Assembly: GCA_964252035.1 (NCBI GenBank)
Contig: OZ176211.1
Length of the DNA stretch: 64,000 nucleotides
Source of the DNA: Podarcis erhardii
Taxonomy: Eukaryota
Reading direction: 5' to 3' (one strand)
The notes under the pieces were generated by a model. It saw only the letters and a list, made by a program, of their open reading frames with translations, was not told the origin of the DNA and did not search any database. Shown here piece by piece: positions 50,276-63,066 of the stretch; the stretch's first letter is position 1; every line of letters starts with the position of its first letter. Made by a program: the position numbers and the translations under genes.

Positions 50276-50672
50276 TGTAATAGTTATAAGGGGTTGCTCG
50301 TGCGTAAGTTGCTGCCACTCCTGGCTAGGTAGCCTGGTTAAACCTGTTCTGGCTGGACAGCCCTTCACTTCGTGGCTGTTCAGTCGCTAGCAGAATCCGT
50401 CAGTGGGCATTTCTTGAACTTCTTCCAGCAAAGAAGCTCTTTGACGCCAAGCCTACGCCTACTTTCCCTGCGCGGAAGTCTTCTGCGCAGTGTGGGTGTG
50501 GGTAGCGTCCTGGAGCCCCCTCGCTGATTCTCCCATCTGCCCCCCTTTATCCCTGGTGTTACGCTGATTTCCTTCCCCAGCCGATGAGCTCCCTCTCTCC
50601 CTGCTGGGCCCCTCTCCAGCATCGCTTGAGAGCCTTGCCTCCACCTCTGGCTCCGATGTCAGTTCCCTGACA
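50276..50672. mobile_element. Solo LTR (Gypsy/ERV-type), 397 bp
   Basis: Starts TGTAA and ends TGACA (TG...CA). Perfect 5-bp TSD CATGA at 50271-50275 and 50673-50677. Confidence 0.75.
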
Positions 50673-51237
50673 CATGATTAAAAAAAAACCAAAACACCTC
50701 AGGTGATTTTTATCAGCTATCCTTGTAAACATATTACAACTATATCCCCACTCTCGAAAGTATAAAAGATCTCAGCAGCAACAGATGTATTATTAATATT
50801 TCTCTGGAAAGCAATATATTTTTGCACAGCTTGAACATTTCTCTTGTTCGTGAATTTGAACACTCCAATCATAACTCTAAAAACTGCTGTAAATCAATAG
50901 GATTCTTTTCCTCCTGTAATGAAACTTTAATAAATCAGAGGTGACAGAGAAGAGTCTTAAAAAAAGACTTCAAAGCTGGTGAAGTTTCATAATAGCAGTC
51001 AATCAGCTTTCCACCAATGAGCGTACTCAGCAACACAGGACAGGAAACTCTCAGAATTATCCTTCCCTTGAAAGGAATGATGTAAATAGGTGTCCATGCT
51101 GCTTGATGCAAATGTTTCATCAAAAGCCTATTTTGAATGAAAGAAAAATGGGTGAGAGTCTCTTCTTTCTTTTTTGGTTTCTGGAGCCCACCAGCTTCCA
51201 GTAAATTGGGCTATTCCTTGGAAGAGCTTGTCTACAT

Positions 51238-51948
51238 TAGGGATGGGGCAGAAATTCCAGCCAAGTGATGTGTACAGAAATGCATATACTGAGGTATAAT
51301 GGGCATAGAAAATGCATTAGGGAATGTGCCTTTGGAAAAAAAAAAGTGGGATGTGAGTGGCGCTGTGGGTTAAACCACAGAGCCTAGGACTTGCTGATCA
51401 GAAGGTCGGTGGTTCGAATCTCCACAACGGGGTGAGCTCCCGTTGCTTGATCCCTGCTCCTGCCCACCTAGCAGTTCGAAAGCACGTCAAAGTGCAAGTA
51501 GATAAATAGGTACCGCTCTGGCGGGAAGGTAAACGGCGTTTCTGTGTGCTGCTCTGGTTTGCCAGAAGCGGCTTAGTCATGCTGGCCACATGACCCCGAA
51601 GCTGTACGCCAGCTCCCTCGGCCAATAAAGCGAGATGAGCGCCGCGATCCCAGAGTCGGCCACGATAAATAGGTGCCCTCAGCCAATAAAGCGAGATGAG
51701 CGCTGCAACCCCAGAGTTGGTCACGACTGGACCTAATGGTCAGGGGTCCCTTTACCTTTATGTTAGGCAAACTTACAGATAAAAATGTGAGTACATTAGG
51801 AGAAATGCACACTAACACGCTGATGAATTTTTATGGGATTAAAAAAACAACAACTGCACCCAAGGAACTGACCTGTGGAGAACTGAATTTAAGATTGGAA
51901 AAATTAGAAACAGAGAAAAATCAGAATTGCCAGATTCACCCATTCCTA
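51238..51948 (+). mobile_element. hAT-type MITE (TIR TAGGGATGGG), interrupted by a Sauria SINE
   Basis: TAGGGATGGGG at the left end, CCCATTCCTA at the right end. 8-bp TSD GTCTACAT / GTCTAAAT (7/8). Confidence 0.7.
51348..51760 (+). mobile_element. Sauria SINE with an internal duplication of about 49 bp, nested in a hAT MITE
   Basis: Consensus head, core and tail. Segment gccaataaagcgagatgagcg...cccagagtyggycacga occurs twice (about 51617-51665 and 51677-51726). Confidence 0.92.
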
Positions 51949-52157
51949 GTCTAAATGCATTAATTGAGAATCCTGGGTGCAATTTCATGGAAATAAAATC
52001 ATGAACTCACTAACACAGTGGCCCCTTGCATATGGACACAGTAAGGGTCCTGGGTATGCTCAGACAGCAGGGCTCGGCTGTGGCAATTATCTGACCCACT
52101 TATCAACAGTAATGAATGGGATACACTTCCCAGGAGGGTGTGTGCATGTCTTCATCT

Positions 52158-52310
52158 GGGATAGCTCAGTCGGCAGAGCATGAAACACTTAACCTCAGGG
52201 TCATGGGTTTGAGCCTCACGTTGAGCAAAAGGTTCCTGCATTGAAGGAGATTGGACTTGATGACCCTCATGTTCCCTTCCAACTTTACAGTTCTGTGATT
52301 CTATGATTCT
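52158..52310 (+). mobile_element. tRNA-derived SINE with CR1 tail (Squam3-like)
   Basis: tRNA-Lys-like head gggatagctcagtcggcagagca; CR1-type tail ttcccttccaac...ttctgtgattctatgattct. Confidence 0.8.
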
Positions 52311-52355
52311 TTGTGTAAAACCACAGACACCTCCTAAGGCATATCCTAGTATGGC

Positions 52356-52406
<51 letters not shown>

Positions 52407-52635
52407 TTATTATTTGTACCCCGCCCATCTGGCTGGGTTTCCCCAGCCACTCTGTGCGGCTTCCAACAAAGATGAAAGATACACTAAAATGTCACATACT
52501 AAAAACTTCCCTGAACAGGGCTGCCTTCAGATGTCTTCTGAATGTCAGGTAGATGTTTATCGCTTTGACATCTGATGGGAGGGCGTTCCACAGGGCGGGC
52601 GCCACCACCGAGAAGGCCCTCTGCCTGGTTCCCTG
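52356..52635 (-). mobile_element. L2 3' fragment with (AAT)17 tail
   Basis: (AAT)n at 52356-52406, then taccccgcccatctggctggg...gggagggcgttccacagggcgggcgcc...gagaaggccctct. Confidence 0.8.
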
Positions 52636-54112
52636 CAAGCCATCACACATCAGCCCAACTCCTGTCTACTCATCTCCAGTGACCCCGATCCTCCTCTTGG
52701 GCTTCTGTGCAGCCTATTCATACCAGGAGCAAAAATTAGGTCTACGTCCCCAGCCCTGCAGCCCCAAAGACCATGCATGAGGTGGAGGCCACTGGTGGCT
52801 GTGGCGTGGCAAGTCTATATCCATGCCCCTCCTGCTCAGCAGTCAGCCTCAGCTTGGTGATGCAGTCCATGCACACAGAGAGTGTGTCATGGGTGCAACT
52901 GGCAGTTAATGGAGTTGTTTATTTCAGTTTTATTACCTGTGTACAAGAAGGAAAGATTCTCGATTGGACCTCACTGATTCCGCAGGAACAGACTTCAGGT
53001 AAAAGTACTGAGAGCTGCTGCTTAAAATAGTCACATTTAATTAGCCACCTTGAATCAAGCAGCCCCACTTCTCTGTATTTAGCTGTATCAATCCAAAACT
53101 CTTTTTACTACAGTCTTATTCCCCCTTGGCAGATGTTGGCTGCAGATGGGCTACATATAATCTCCTTCCTCCTTCCTTGTCCCCTCTTGCACTTCAAACC
53201 AATTGCAGCAATTAGTGGGTAGAAAACAGCTCAGCTCTTTGTGCTAGAAGCTACAGATGTTAGCTTTTTCCTTCCATCTGGGAAAACAAGGAGATTTTTT
53301 TTTACCTTTCGTCATAAAGGTCAAGCCCATGTTTTCAAAGATCCATTTCCATTATGGCTTCCATCACAAACAAGTTGTTGGTTGTTGTTGTTTTGCTAAA
53401 ATAGTTGGCCAGCCAATCATATAATGAGAATGTTTTTCAAGCAATTACTTCGGTACTTCTGTTAAACTTGATTGCAATCAGTTTCTCAATAATCAATTTC
53501 TTAATTCTATCAGACAGCTTGGGGCATCTTTCCATAACTGTAAGATTAGAAAACCTAACCTTACAAGCTGTTCTGTCTAAGTTAGAGTTCATATGATTGC
53601 TGCTTTCCCCTTGGCTCTATAGCTCAGTCCTCACTAAGGTGGCCAGTCTATGTGTGGGCTGTACCATTTCAAATGGCAGGTGGAAGCTCACATGGTTGCA
53701 TACCCAATCATGCAAAACCATTCCCTCCACAGAGGAGACTAGAAGGCTTTCATCTAGATTTTTATATAGAGGTTTTGTTTTGTTTTGTTTTTAATCGAGG
53801 AATTAAATCATGTGATACAAATAAAGCAGGAAAAATGATTACATCTGTCACAACTTATTCATTGTGAAATGCCCTCAGATATTTTTGCAATCAAATATTT
53901 AATCCAATTGTTCAGAGTCTAGCATACAGATATTTTAGCATGCCTGCCATGAATCCGCCTTTCTCTTATGAAGCAGTTTGTATGTCAGGCCTTAGAGATA
54001 ATACTTCCTCGAGGGCAAGTATTCATATGAACTGCGTCAGTTTTATGGCTACTTTGCCTCTCCTCCCTCTCACTTCCCTGCCTTTCATTTACGGGAAATC
54101 TTGGCAATAGTT

Positions 54113-54126
54113 GTTACCATAGTAAC
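54113..54126. promoter_or_regulatory. RFX X-box motif
   Basis: GTTACCATAGTAAC, near-palindromic; a GC box GGGGCGGG lies about 25 bp downstream. Motif match only. Confidence 0.35.
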
Positions 54127-54350
54127 ATGGCAGGATAGTTCAAATGATGGGAGGGGCGGGAAATGAAAATATGAAGAATTAACCATAAACTGATTGAGGT
54201 TGCTTTAGCCAAAATGTATTCCCCCCCCCCCCAAATAGCAAAGTATATTCACTGAAATTATCCATAATTATTATTGAACTGTGCCAGCAATTATTGAAGA
54301 ACATTTAAGTAGATTGTGTGCGCGCGCATGTGCCTGTATTTGGTCAATTG

Positions 54351-54404
54351 CACACACACACTCATACACACACACACACTCATACACACACACACACACA
54401 CACA
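54351..54404. repeat. Compound (CA)n microsatellite
   Basis: (CA)n blocks separated by CTCATA. Confidence 0.92.
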
Positions 54405-55079
54405 ACATTTCAAACAATACCATTAATCATATGCCTGGCATACATGGGTAAATAATTTCCAAGTCTTTGTCTCTCATCCTCAACCGCAAACTCACACAGA
54501 ACATCACAAAGTAATAGTAATAATACTTACACGAACAAATATTGCTGTTATGTTCATGCTAACACACAACAGAACATTCTCAGTGGTGGATCCCTCATTA
54601 TGGAGCGCCCTTAGTTGTAAGGTGAAGCTGTCTCCCTCATTACACACACACACCCCCACCCCTAACTTAGTCAATGCCATCAGTTTACATTGTTGAAAGA
54701 AGACACAAGTTCCATTGTCAAATTGGAAGTCCAGGATGAATTTGTCAATACCAAGAGCTAAGTGTCTCTGAGAAGAGGACATATAGTTCTAGTCTCAGTC
54801 AAAACTGTGTTTCTCAGGGCAAGGCACTTGTGGAGTTTTTTTGTCTTAGGTGCCAAATAACTTGGCCATTGTTGGATGCTATATATTTTTGACTTTGGAA
54901 GAGGGGCACCATTTGTTATTCTGCCTCAGGCAGCACAATGTCCTGGTCTGGCCCTCTGTGTACATTTGTAGTAGAACACATTGTCCTCATTTGCACATAG
55001 TGCTAACCAAAACACAAATGAGCAAAAGTGTAAGCTTCTAAAGAGGAGATAGTGGCTGCTTTGCACTAAGCAAAGCCAA

Positions 55080-55325
55080 GAAGAAGAAGAGTTTGGATTT
55101 GATATCCCGCTTTATCACTACCTGAAGGAGTCTCAAAGTGGCTAACATTCTCCTTTCCCTTCCTCCCCCACAACAAACACTCTGTGAGGTGAGTGGGGCT
55201 GAGAGACTTCAGAGAAGTGTGACTAGCCCAAGGTCACCTAGCAGCTGCATGTGGACGAGCAGAGACGTGAACCCGGTTCACCAGATTACGAGTCTACAGC
55301 TCTTAACCACTAAACCACACTGGCT
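55080..55325 (-). mobile_element. tRNA-derived SINE (Squam2/MIR-like) with (TTC)n tail
   Basis: Reverse complement has a tRNA-like head (agccagtgtggtttagtggttaagagc...), ccacaacaaacactctgtgaggt core and an L2-like tail. Confidence 0.7.
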
Positions 55326-55523
55326 TAGTGGTTTGGCTTAACATGTCTCCCAAATCTGGGCTTATGATTTAGCTCTCTCAGACAAAGCCCAAACTATAAC
55401 CCATAGGACACACCTTTGTGATGGACTTGAGGCTTCAGATTCAGTCCCTAGTACCTCATTTCCCTGAGACCCTGGGAAGTGAGTTTGAAATTTTCTGCCA
55501 GTCAGAACTGACAAAACTGAGCT

Positions 55524-55655
55524 GAGCATGAGATTCTTAATCTCAGGGTTGTGGGTTTGAGCCCCACTTTGGGTGAAAGATTCCTACATTGCAGGGGGTT
55601 GGACTAAATGATCCTTATGGTCCCTTCCAACTCTACAATTCTGTAATTCTGTGAG
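55524..55655 (+). mobile_element. Squam3-like SINE (5' end degenerate)
   Basis: tcttaatctcagggttgtgggtttgagcccc...ggtcccttccaactctacaattctg. Confidence 0.75.
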
Positions 55656-56410
55656 CTCAATAGATTATTTCTTCAACTCAGTATAAAGTATCTCATACCT
55701 TCATAATGATGTTGTGAATAGCCGGTGTGTGTTGCACTGGCATCTATTTATTGGACCTGAAATTAATTTGAATAGAGAGAATTTCCTGGCAAATTCTCCT
55801 AACTTAAATGACATGCAAAGGAAACTGCATTTGTATTCTCCTCATGTAGCAACGACCCATTGGAGGCTTACTTTAAAGGTTGTATTACTCTATTTGATAA
55901 ATGTTGCTCAGCCTGTTTCTGTCCCTCTCTAGATAATGCTTTGATAAAGCCCCAGTTGACTGGTTTTGATGGGCAGCTCTTCTGTATACATTGGTTTTAT
56001 TGGGAGAATATCACATAGCATAACAGAAACCTTGAAAAGGTCACTCTGGCAGAGAGGATATTGGTAAAGCACGAGTGGCAAATCAGCAGTTCAGCTTTAA
56101 TATGGATGATGCTCCCAATGGCTCCTAACAGGCAAAGGGTTTATTTTTGCTGAGTTTTATTCTGATCAGCTTCAGTACACTGCCCTGAGGCTTTTTGTAA
56201 TTTGTGTTCAAATTGTGACACCTTAGAAAGAAAGAAAAGGCACCACGATTGGTAACAGAGGAGTTCCCGGCGGTTTCTGCTCTTTTAATTTTGAATTACG
56301 TTTGATTGCATGGCAAAATAATCTCTTTCAGGGAGGTCTGGAACCACCTATGTTGAGCAAGGCCAGCCCCAAGCTTACCCCCCCCCCACATTAAACTGTA
56401 ATCATTGACT

Positions 56411-56545
56411 CATAGAACTGTAGCGTGGGAAGGGGCTCCAAGGGTCATCTAGTCCAACCCCCTGCAATGCAGAAATCTCAACTAAAGCATCCGTAACAGG
56501 TAGCCATCCAACCTCTGCTTAAAAACCTCCTGTGAAGTAGAGCCT
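56411..56545 (-). mobile_element. CR1 3'UTR remnant
   Basis: catagaactgtag...aagggtcatctagtccaacccc...aacctctgcttaaaaacctcc. Confidence 0.7.
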
Positions 56546-57138
56546 GCCAAAATCAGTAGGGCTCCTTTCATATGACTGCCCCCCTAAATTTTGCCAGGGG
56601 AAGATTACCTCATACTGCAGAAGTTCCCACATTGAACTAGATGGCAGGAATAGCCAATGTGGTGCTCTCCAGATATTGTTGGACTACTACTCCCATCAGC
56701 CTTACCCAACATAGCCAGCCGTCAGGAATGATAGGCGTTGTAAGTCCACCAACACTTGGAGGGCTCCATGTGAGCAACTTCTATGCAAGGGCATTGTGTG
56801 GGAGAGACAGTATGGTGGGGTGGCCACCAGTCAACTTGCACAAGTGCTGGAGGTCCTGGTCAGTGGTCCTGGTGGAGGGTGGCAAGATAAGCAGGCACCA
56901 GGGCAGTGGGCCGCCACACAAGGATCCCATGTGCTGATGCTGGGCCCGATGTTTAGAAAGAACCTTGAGTGGGGTGGCACCTGTCTTGAAAGGTGCTGTG
57001 TGCCTACTTTGTATTATAGGTATGTGAATTAGTTGAAATGAGCATTCTCAGCAGGGCTGTGGCTGAGAGGGGCAGGCAGTGCCACCTTCCACTCTCTGAA
57101 TGTTCTGGTAGCTCTTTTATTTGTGGAAATCCAAGGTG

Positions 57139-57528
57139 TAGAATCATAGAATCATAGAGTTGGAAGAGACCACAAGGGCCATCGAGTCCAACCCCCTGCC
57201 CAGCAGGAAACACCATCAGAGCACTCCTGACATATGGTTGTCAAGCCTCTGCTTAAAGACCTCCAAAGAAGGAGACTCCACCACACTCCTTGGCAGCAAA
57301 TTCCACTGTCAAACAGCTCTTACTGTCAGGAAGTTCTTCCTAATGTTTAGGTGGAATCTTCTTTCTTGTAGTTTGGATCCATTGCTCCGTGTCCGCTTCT
57401 CTGGAGCAGCAGAAAACAACCTTTCTCCCTCCTCTATGTGACATCCTTTTATATATTTGAACATGGCTATCATATCACCCCTTAACCTCCTCTTCTCCAG
57501 GCTAAACATGCCCAGCTCCCTTAGCCGT
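57139..57528 (-). mobile_element. Young CR1 LINE 3' fragment
   Basis: Minus strand FSLEKRRLRGDMIAMFKYIKGCHIEEGERLFSAAPEKRTRSNGSKLQERRFHLNIRKNFLTVRAV (CR1 ORF2 C-terminus); (ATTCTATG)n tail. Confidence 0.92.
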
Positions 57529-57814
57529 GTGCAAGAAGCGTTCTACCCAATCATTCACCAAGGAGTAATACAATTAAATACCTTATCAGGGTACATGTAT
57601 TTAGATTCTGGCTGTGATTCCCGGCCCCCTTAGGCTCACAAAATTACTGACTCCTATGTTTTAAGGCAAGGATTATCCACCTCTTATATTTTCCACGTAC
57701 TAATGGTTGAAGCAATCTAACCTCTTCACAGACTAAACTTGTGCATAGTTCATCTGTAGCTCTGCAGTTGGCATCATCTAATTGTAATGGCTTCCCAGGT
57801 ATAGGGAGCATAAG

Positions 57815-58030
57815 ACTATAAGAAGAGTCTGTTAGATCAGGCCAGTGGCTCATCTAGTCTAGCATCTTGTTCCCACTGTCACCACCAAGATCCCTGTGGG
57901 AAGCCTGAGTGCAAAGACACTCTTCCCGCTTGTGGTTTCCAGCAACTGGTATTCAGAAGAATTTCTGCCCCTGACCATGGAGGCAGATCATAGCCATCGT
58001 GGTTAATAGCCATTGATAGCCTTATTGATA
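57815..58030 (-). mobile_element. Old CR1 3'UTR remnant
   Basis: cataag...gatcaggccagtggctcatctagtctagcatc...catagccatc...aatagccattgatag. Confidence 0.6.
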
Positions 58031-58758
58031 GCCTTAGAGCACAGGAATTCAGATGGCATCATGGGAGACCACTGAAGGACAATTGCAGTTCTATAAACTC
58101 CATTAAGAGGCTGAATGAGAGATCACGAGGGTCTCTTGCTATGCAGTAAGGTGAAGCAAGCTGCCGTAGGTGGGTGGCAGGGTAGTGTCATGAAAGTAGG
58201 ACTTGGTGTCTGAATGGTGCAGCAATACGATTTAAATGATACCATTTGTGGTGGGTGGGGATGCTATTTGGACTCTGTTTCAAGTAGCAAAATGCCTTGA
58301 GCTGTTACCGCAAGTTCTTTGCCTTTCTAGAATCTACAAGACAGCAGTGGAACAACATTTCTTCAAAATACAATGGATATAGTTGCTTTGTTTACTTTTC
58401 GTAAGGTTTTAGTTTTAAAAAATAAAAAACCTAGCATAGCAGGAAAAAGAAAAACTGAACCCTAGAGAGACCTGAGTATGACTGAAGGGGTTTCATTGCT
58501 ATGAAGGCACTCTGTTCTCTGTATAATCACCAGAATCCAGCAAAACAGAAAAAGAATGAATGCTTTGGACAGGGTTGGGGACTTCTTTCTAAGCAAGATG
58601 GATGTAGAATAGCTAAAGTCATGTTTAATGATCCTTTACTGTGACAGAATCTAAAAATAGATGCATGTAACCAGTGAGTTATCTAGCTTTGCACGTACAC
58701 ACCCACCTCTTATCTACTCTCTGTGTTTGCGTATATCTATATCTATCATGTAAGGAGA

Positions 58759-58759
<1 letters not shown>

Positions 58760-58790
<31 letters not shown>
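58760..58790. repeat. (CA)15 microsatellite
   Basis: Direct inspection. Confidence 0.95.
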
Positions 58791-58792
<2 letters not shown>

Positions 58793-59963
58793 TCTTTGTT
58801 CCTCCATCCCCTTGTTGAGCGTGCCACAAAGCAACTGGCTAGGCATGATGAAGGCACTTTAGAGTTCATCCTAATTAAAAGCTTTCATTAAATATCCTAT
58901 CTTAATCAATTTTCCAGTGCGACACAAGGCTAGGCTGATTCTGGATTGTCAGTTTTGTGAGTGCATGAATGCTAGCAAGAAGACAGATACATAGATTTAA
59001 ATTAAAATACCCTGATTCTATACATGGTGGCATTTTGAGAATTCTTCTTCATGGTTTCCCTTCCCCACCCCGGCTCATTTTTTACATCGTTCTTCGTACT
59101 TATTAAACAGAGCGCAGGGTTCCAATGCTGCTGCAAATCAGCACAGGCTGACAGTACAGCGCAGTTGTCTGAACAGACCCTCGGAGGCTGAATTTAGGCA
59201 GGCATTGAGTGCAGTTCTCTCACGGACCCCATTTTCCTTCAACATGTTTACCTGAGAGAGAGGCATGCTTTTCTTTGGTATCTCCTCAGAGATGGGAAAC
59301 AGTAGGGGATGAATGCTCTTGGAGTTAATGTACTCTTTTGACAAGTGTTCTCATTTAAATGCCTAAAATATTTGGTTGTTTGTGTTTGCTCTGCTTGCAT
59401 TTTTGCTTTGCTTTGTGCTTGTTTACATAAACATGAAAAAAATCAAATGGAAAAAGGAAGAAATGGGCTGCTTGTCTCTGGAAGCTTGCCTTTCCCCTTA
59501 TGTATTAACTGTTCATGTGTAAGATTTTAATAGGGGAGCACTTTCAACTAAATGGTTGCCCCTCGGCATTCTGGACCGCTATAAAATAATGTAGAGGGCT
59601 GTGCTGCGTAAATATCAAATCAAATAAACTCTTACTCATTTCAGATGTACTGTTGCACATCATCAGCATCATGTGTCACATTAATTCTGTTCTTTCTCCA
59701 GTGAGTTCCGGGTACCATACAATATCCCTTACCCCCAGTTTTCCTTAGGCTACCACAATGCTGTGAGGAAAGGGTTTGAAGCAGGTAATTTGACTATACA
59801 AGAAGGACCTGGAATCATTTTTTTATCTGTCACCCCCAGATATCTGCAGTTTTGGCAGTCACTGTAACTTCTTATATTACAATGGCTGCTTTTTCACACA
59901 TCTTCTGAAATTCAAACAAAAAGAAAACCCAGATCACAGAACTTGTTCTTTAATTTGGTAATA

Positions 59964-60259
59964 CAGTGGTGCCCCGCAAGACGAATGCCTCGCAAGACGG
60001 AAAACCCGCTAGACGAAAGGGTTTTCCATTTTGGAGGTGCTTCGCAAAACAAATTTCCTATGGGCTTGCTTCGCAAGACGAAAATGTCTTGCGAGTTCCT
60101 GCGGGTTGTTTCCCCCCCCTTTTTCTAAGCCGCTAAGCCGAAAAGCCGCTAATAGCTCTAAGCCGCTAAGCTGTCAATGGGCTTGCTTCGCAAGACGAAA
60201 AAACCGCTAGACGAAGAGACTCGCGGAACGGATTAATTTCGTCTTGCGAGGCACCACTG
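59964..60259 (+). mobile_element. Tc1/mariner-type MITE, family A (shorter internal repeat array)
   Basis: Same TIRs, TA TSD, fewer AAGCCGCT units. Confidence 0.9.
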
Positions 60260-60770
60260 TACAAATGACTTAGTTGAGTTACACAGCTATTAAGAAATGT
60301 GTGACATTGGGTTCACACAAACATTCCATGTGCTCTGTGAAGAGAGAGGGTGATCTTAATATGGAGTATAAGAAATATATGGTTCTTTGTACTTGCTTTC
60401 CCCCCTGGTAATTGCAAAAATAGTGGAAATCTTGGTCAGTTGGCTCAAGTGAGCATGCAGAACAACTCACAGCACTATATAAACATTGAAAAGGCATTTT
60501 TACTTAATGCAAATCATTTCTACTACTCCTAAGCAAGCTGAATTGTGTCACCCAGAACAGATATCTACTAAGAGGTTCAAGCCCCACCCTAAGAGTCTTG
60601 CTGTTGTTTAGCTTTTCTGCTGAAGACTAGTTTAGAAAGAAAATTAAAAATGCAAATGGTTCTCATAGCAATGACATCCACACAAGGAAGTTACAGGTTA
60701 TTTTCTGAGGAATACTGGAGTCCAGCTTCGAAACATTGGGACGCCAGCCCTCTGACAATATATATATATA

Positions 60771-61029
60771 CAGTCATACCTCATGTTACGTTTGCTTCAT
60801 GTTACGTTTTTTCAGGTTGTGTCCCGCGGCGACCCAGAAGCACCGGAAAGGGTTACTTCCGGGTTTCGCCGCTCACGCATGCACAGAAGCACTAAATCGC
60901 ACTTCGCACATGTGCACAAGCGCCAAAGCACGCTGCTTACCTATGCAGATACGGCGTTTCAGGTTGCGGGCTTTTCAGGTTGCGAACGGGCTCCGGAATG
61001 AATCCCCTTCGCAACCAGAGGTACCACAG
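60771..61029. mobile_element. Tc1/mariner-type MITE inserted in a (TA)n run
   Basis: cagtcatacctc at the left end, gaggtaccacag+ta at the right end, repeated tcaggttgcg motif. Confidence 0.75.
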
Positions 61030-61574
61030 TAAATAGTGACTCAGTTCATTGTATGACCCTGCAGTAGACAAATTGAATTATCTTTGGTGGAAAGAAATAT
61101 CCCTACATTGATTTTCTGTTGTTGTAGAAGCCCAACTCTACTGTCATGGTGGTTGACAGGGTCAAAATCTTCTCTTTTTGCGCACTCTTATAACAGTATT
61201 GTTCAAATACATAACGCTTCTGTGACTTTAAAGGCAAGCTGCCTTCCAAGCCAATAAAAGGTTTAAATGCTTAACATAGGGAATGGTACTGCTCAAAAAT
61301 TAGCATGGGCCAATTTGGATGTATGAAATGTTTAATAGGACTTCAGGAGCAATAAGGTGTGTTATCCGTTGCTGATACAATGAACTAAAATAACTTTTCT
61401 TACTCACATGCAGTTTATTTCCCCACCCATGAGAGCTCATTCTTGCCTCGGTTATTTCTTTCTGCAAGATCTCCTTTCCATGAAATGTTTTTCCAGACTC
61501 CTTCCTCGTTCAGAAACGGTCTCAGACAGTGTGTTAAGGATGATTTACTTGCATGCTCTTCATTCATGTGAGGT

Positions 61575-61770
61575 CATGGTTAGATTGTCAGGCTTGGATC
61601 AGGAGGACTCAGGTTCAAATCCCTACTCAACCATGAAACACACTGGATGAACTGGAGCCGATCCCTCTCTTTTTCTCTCTCAGCCTAACCAACCATGTAG
61701 AATTATTGTGAGCACAAGATGGAGGAACAACAGAACCTTGTGTGCTGCTCAGAGGCCCATGGGGAAAAGC
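61575..61770 (+). mobile_element. MIR-like SINE remnant
   Basis: ggttcaaatccctactcaacc B-box-like sequence; cagcctaacc...ttgtgag core. Confidence 0.5.
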
Positions 61771-62710
61771 TTTCATTATTTCATACACAATACATTCTGA
61801 TGGTGCTGTGTGCACATTTAGAGATCAAGTGATGATGTACAGTATTGCTGAGTATGTGAGGCATCAGGTGATGTATATGCATGCACAAAAGAGCCCTTAA
61901 CCAGTCAACAGTCATTGTCTAATGAGAATATGGGTGATTTAGATCAGCCCCTGTGCTGCTGATGCTATATAGGGGTAGAAGAAGGCAACTATGGAGAATG
62001 CAGTCCCCTCCAGACTAGTGTTTTATTGCATGTGTATTCTGCAGCATCTTCTTGACACAACAATAGTGGTGGATTTATTCTGCTTTATTAGTTGTTCTGC
62101 AGTGCTTCCCCAGTGCTAGCACATTAATGCTCTTCACAGGGGCCACAGTGCAGGTGAGTAGAAAAAAGCAGAACATTTGTGTTATGAAGAGTTACTGGAT
62201 TTCAGCAAGGAGTTACCAGATATGCACTGACTGGAAATGAAGAAGTGTGACCATCCCAAAACTTTTGCAGGTGCAAGAGCTATTGGAAGTGAAATTGTAT
62301 GTGACCACCCTTGTAGCATGTTGAGCACAAATCATCATGAACACACCACAAGATGATACCTGGAGGGCACCTGAAGATAGCACAGGATTCTTAGATTGCC
62401 TACAGGGCAGAGATCCTGTGTCTTTAACAAGGATGTGAAAGGGAGAACAGGAGTAGATGTAGCTTCTCCTGCTGCAACATCACCCTTTTGTCAAGACGGC
62501 AGGCTACACTTGAGGCATCAAAGCAAAGGTGCCAAAAGCACATTCTTCCCTCATTTGGATGTTCACTCATTTGGATGTTTTTACAACTGGATCTCAACAT
62601 GAATATAAGAACATCAGGAGAGCCCTGCCAGACCAGACCAAAGGCCAGTCTAATCCAGTATTATTTTTTACACAACAGATGACCCTAGGAAACAGGACAC
62701 AAAGGTAATA

Positions 62711-63066
62711 CAGTGGTGCCTCGCAAGACGAAATTAATCCGTTCCGTGAGGCTCTTCGTATAGTGGTTTTTTCGTCTTGCGAAGCAAGCCCATTGACAGC
62801 TTAGCGGATTAGCGCTATTAGCGGTTTAGCGGCTTTTAGCGGATCAGCTGTTAAGGGGCTTATCAGCAGATCAGCTGATAAGCGGCTTAGCGGCTTAGGA
62901 AAAGGGGGGAAAAAAGGGGGGAAACCCACAGGAACTCGCAAGACATTTCGTCTTGTGAAGCAAGCCCATAGGGAAATTCGTTTTGCGAAGCGCCTCCAAA
63001 ACGGAAAACCCTTTCGTCTAGCGGGTTTTCCGTCTTGCGAGGCGTTCGTCTTGCGGGGCACCACTG
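62711..63066 (-). mobile_element. Tc1/mariner-type MITE, family A, inverted, inserted into an old CR1 3' end
   Basis: Near reverse complement of 7393-7745 with TA TSD. CR1-like sequence continues on both sides (about 62600-62710 and 63069-63170). Confidence 0.9.

Noticed and set aside
52158-52230. tRNA-Lys-like gene
   Set aside because: Degenerate stems and fused to a CR1 tail; it is a SINE head.
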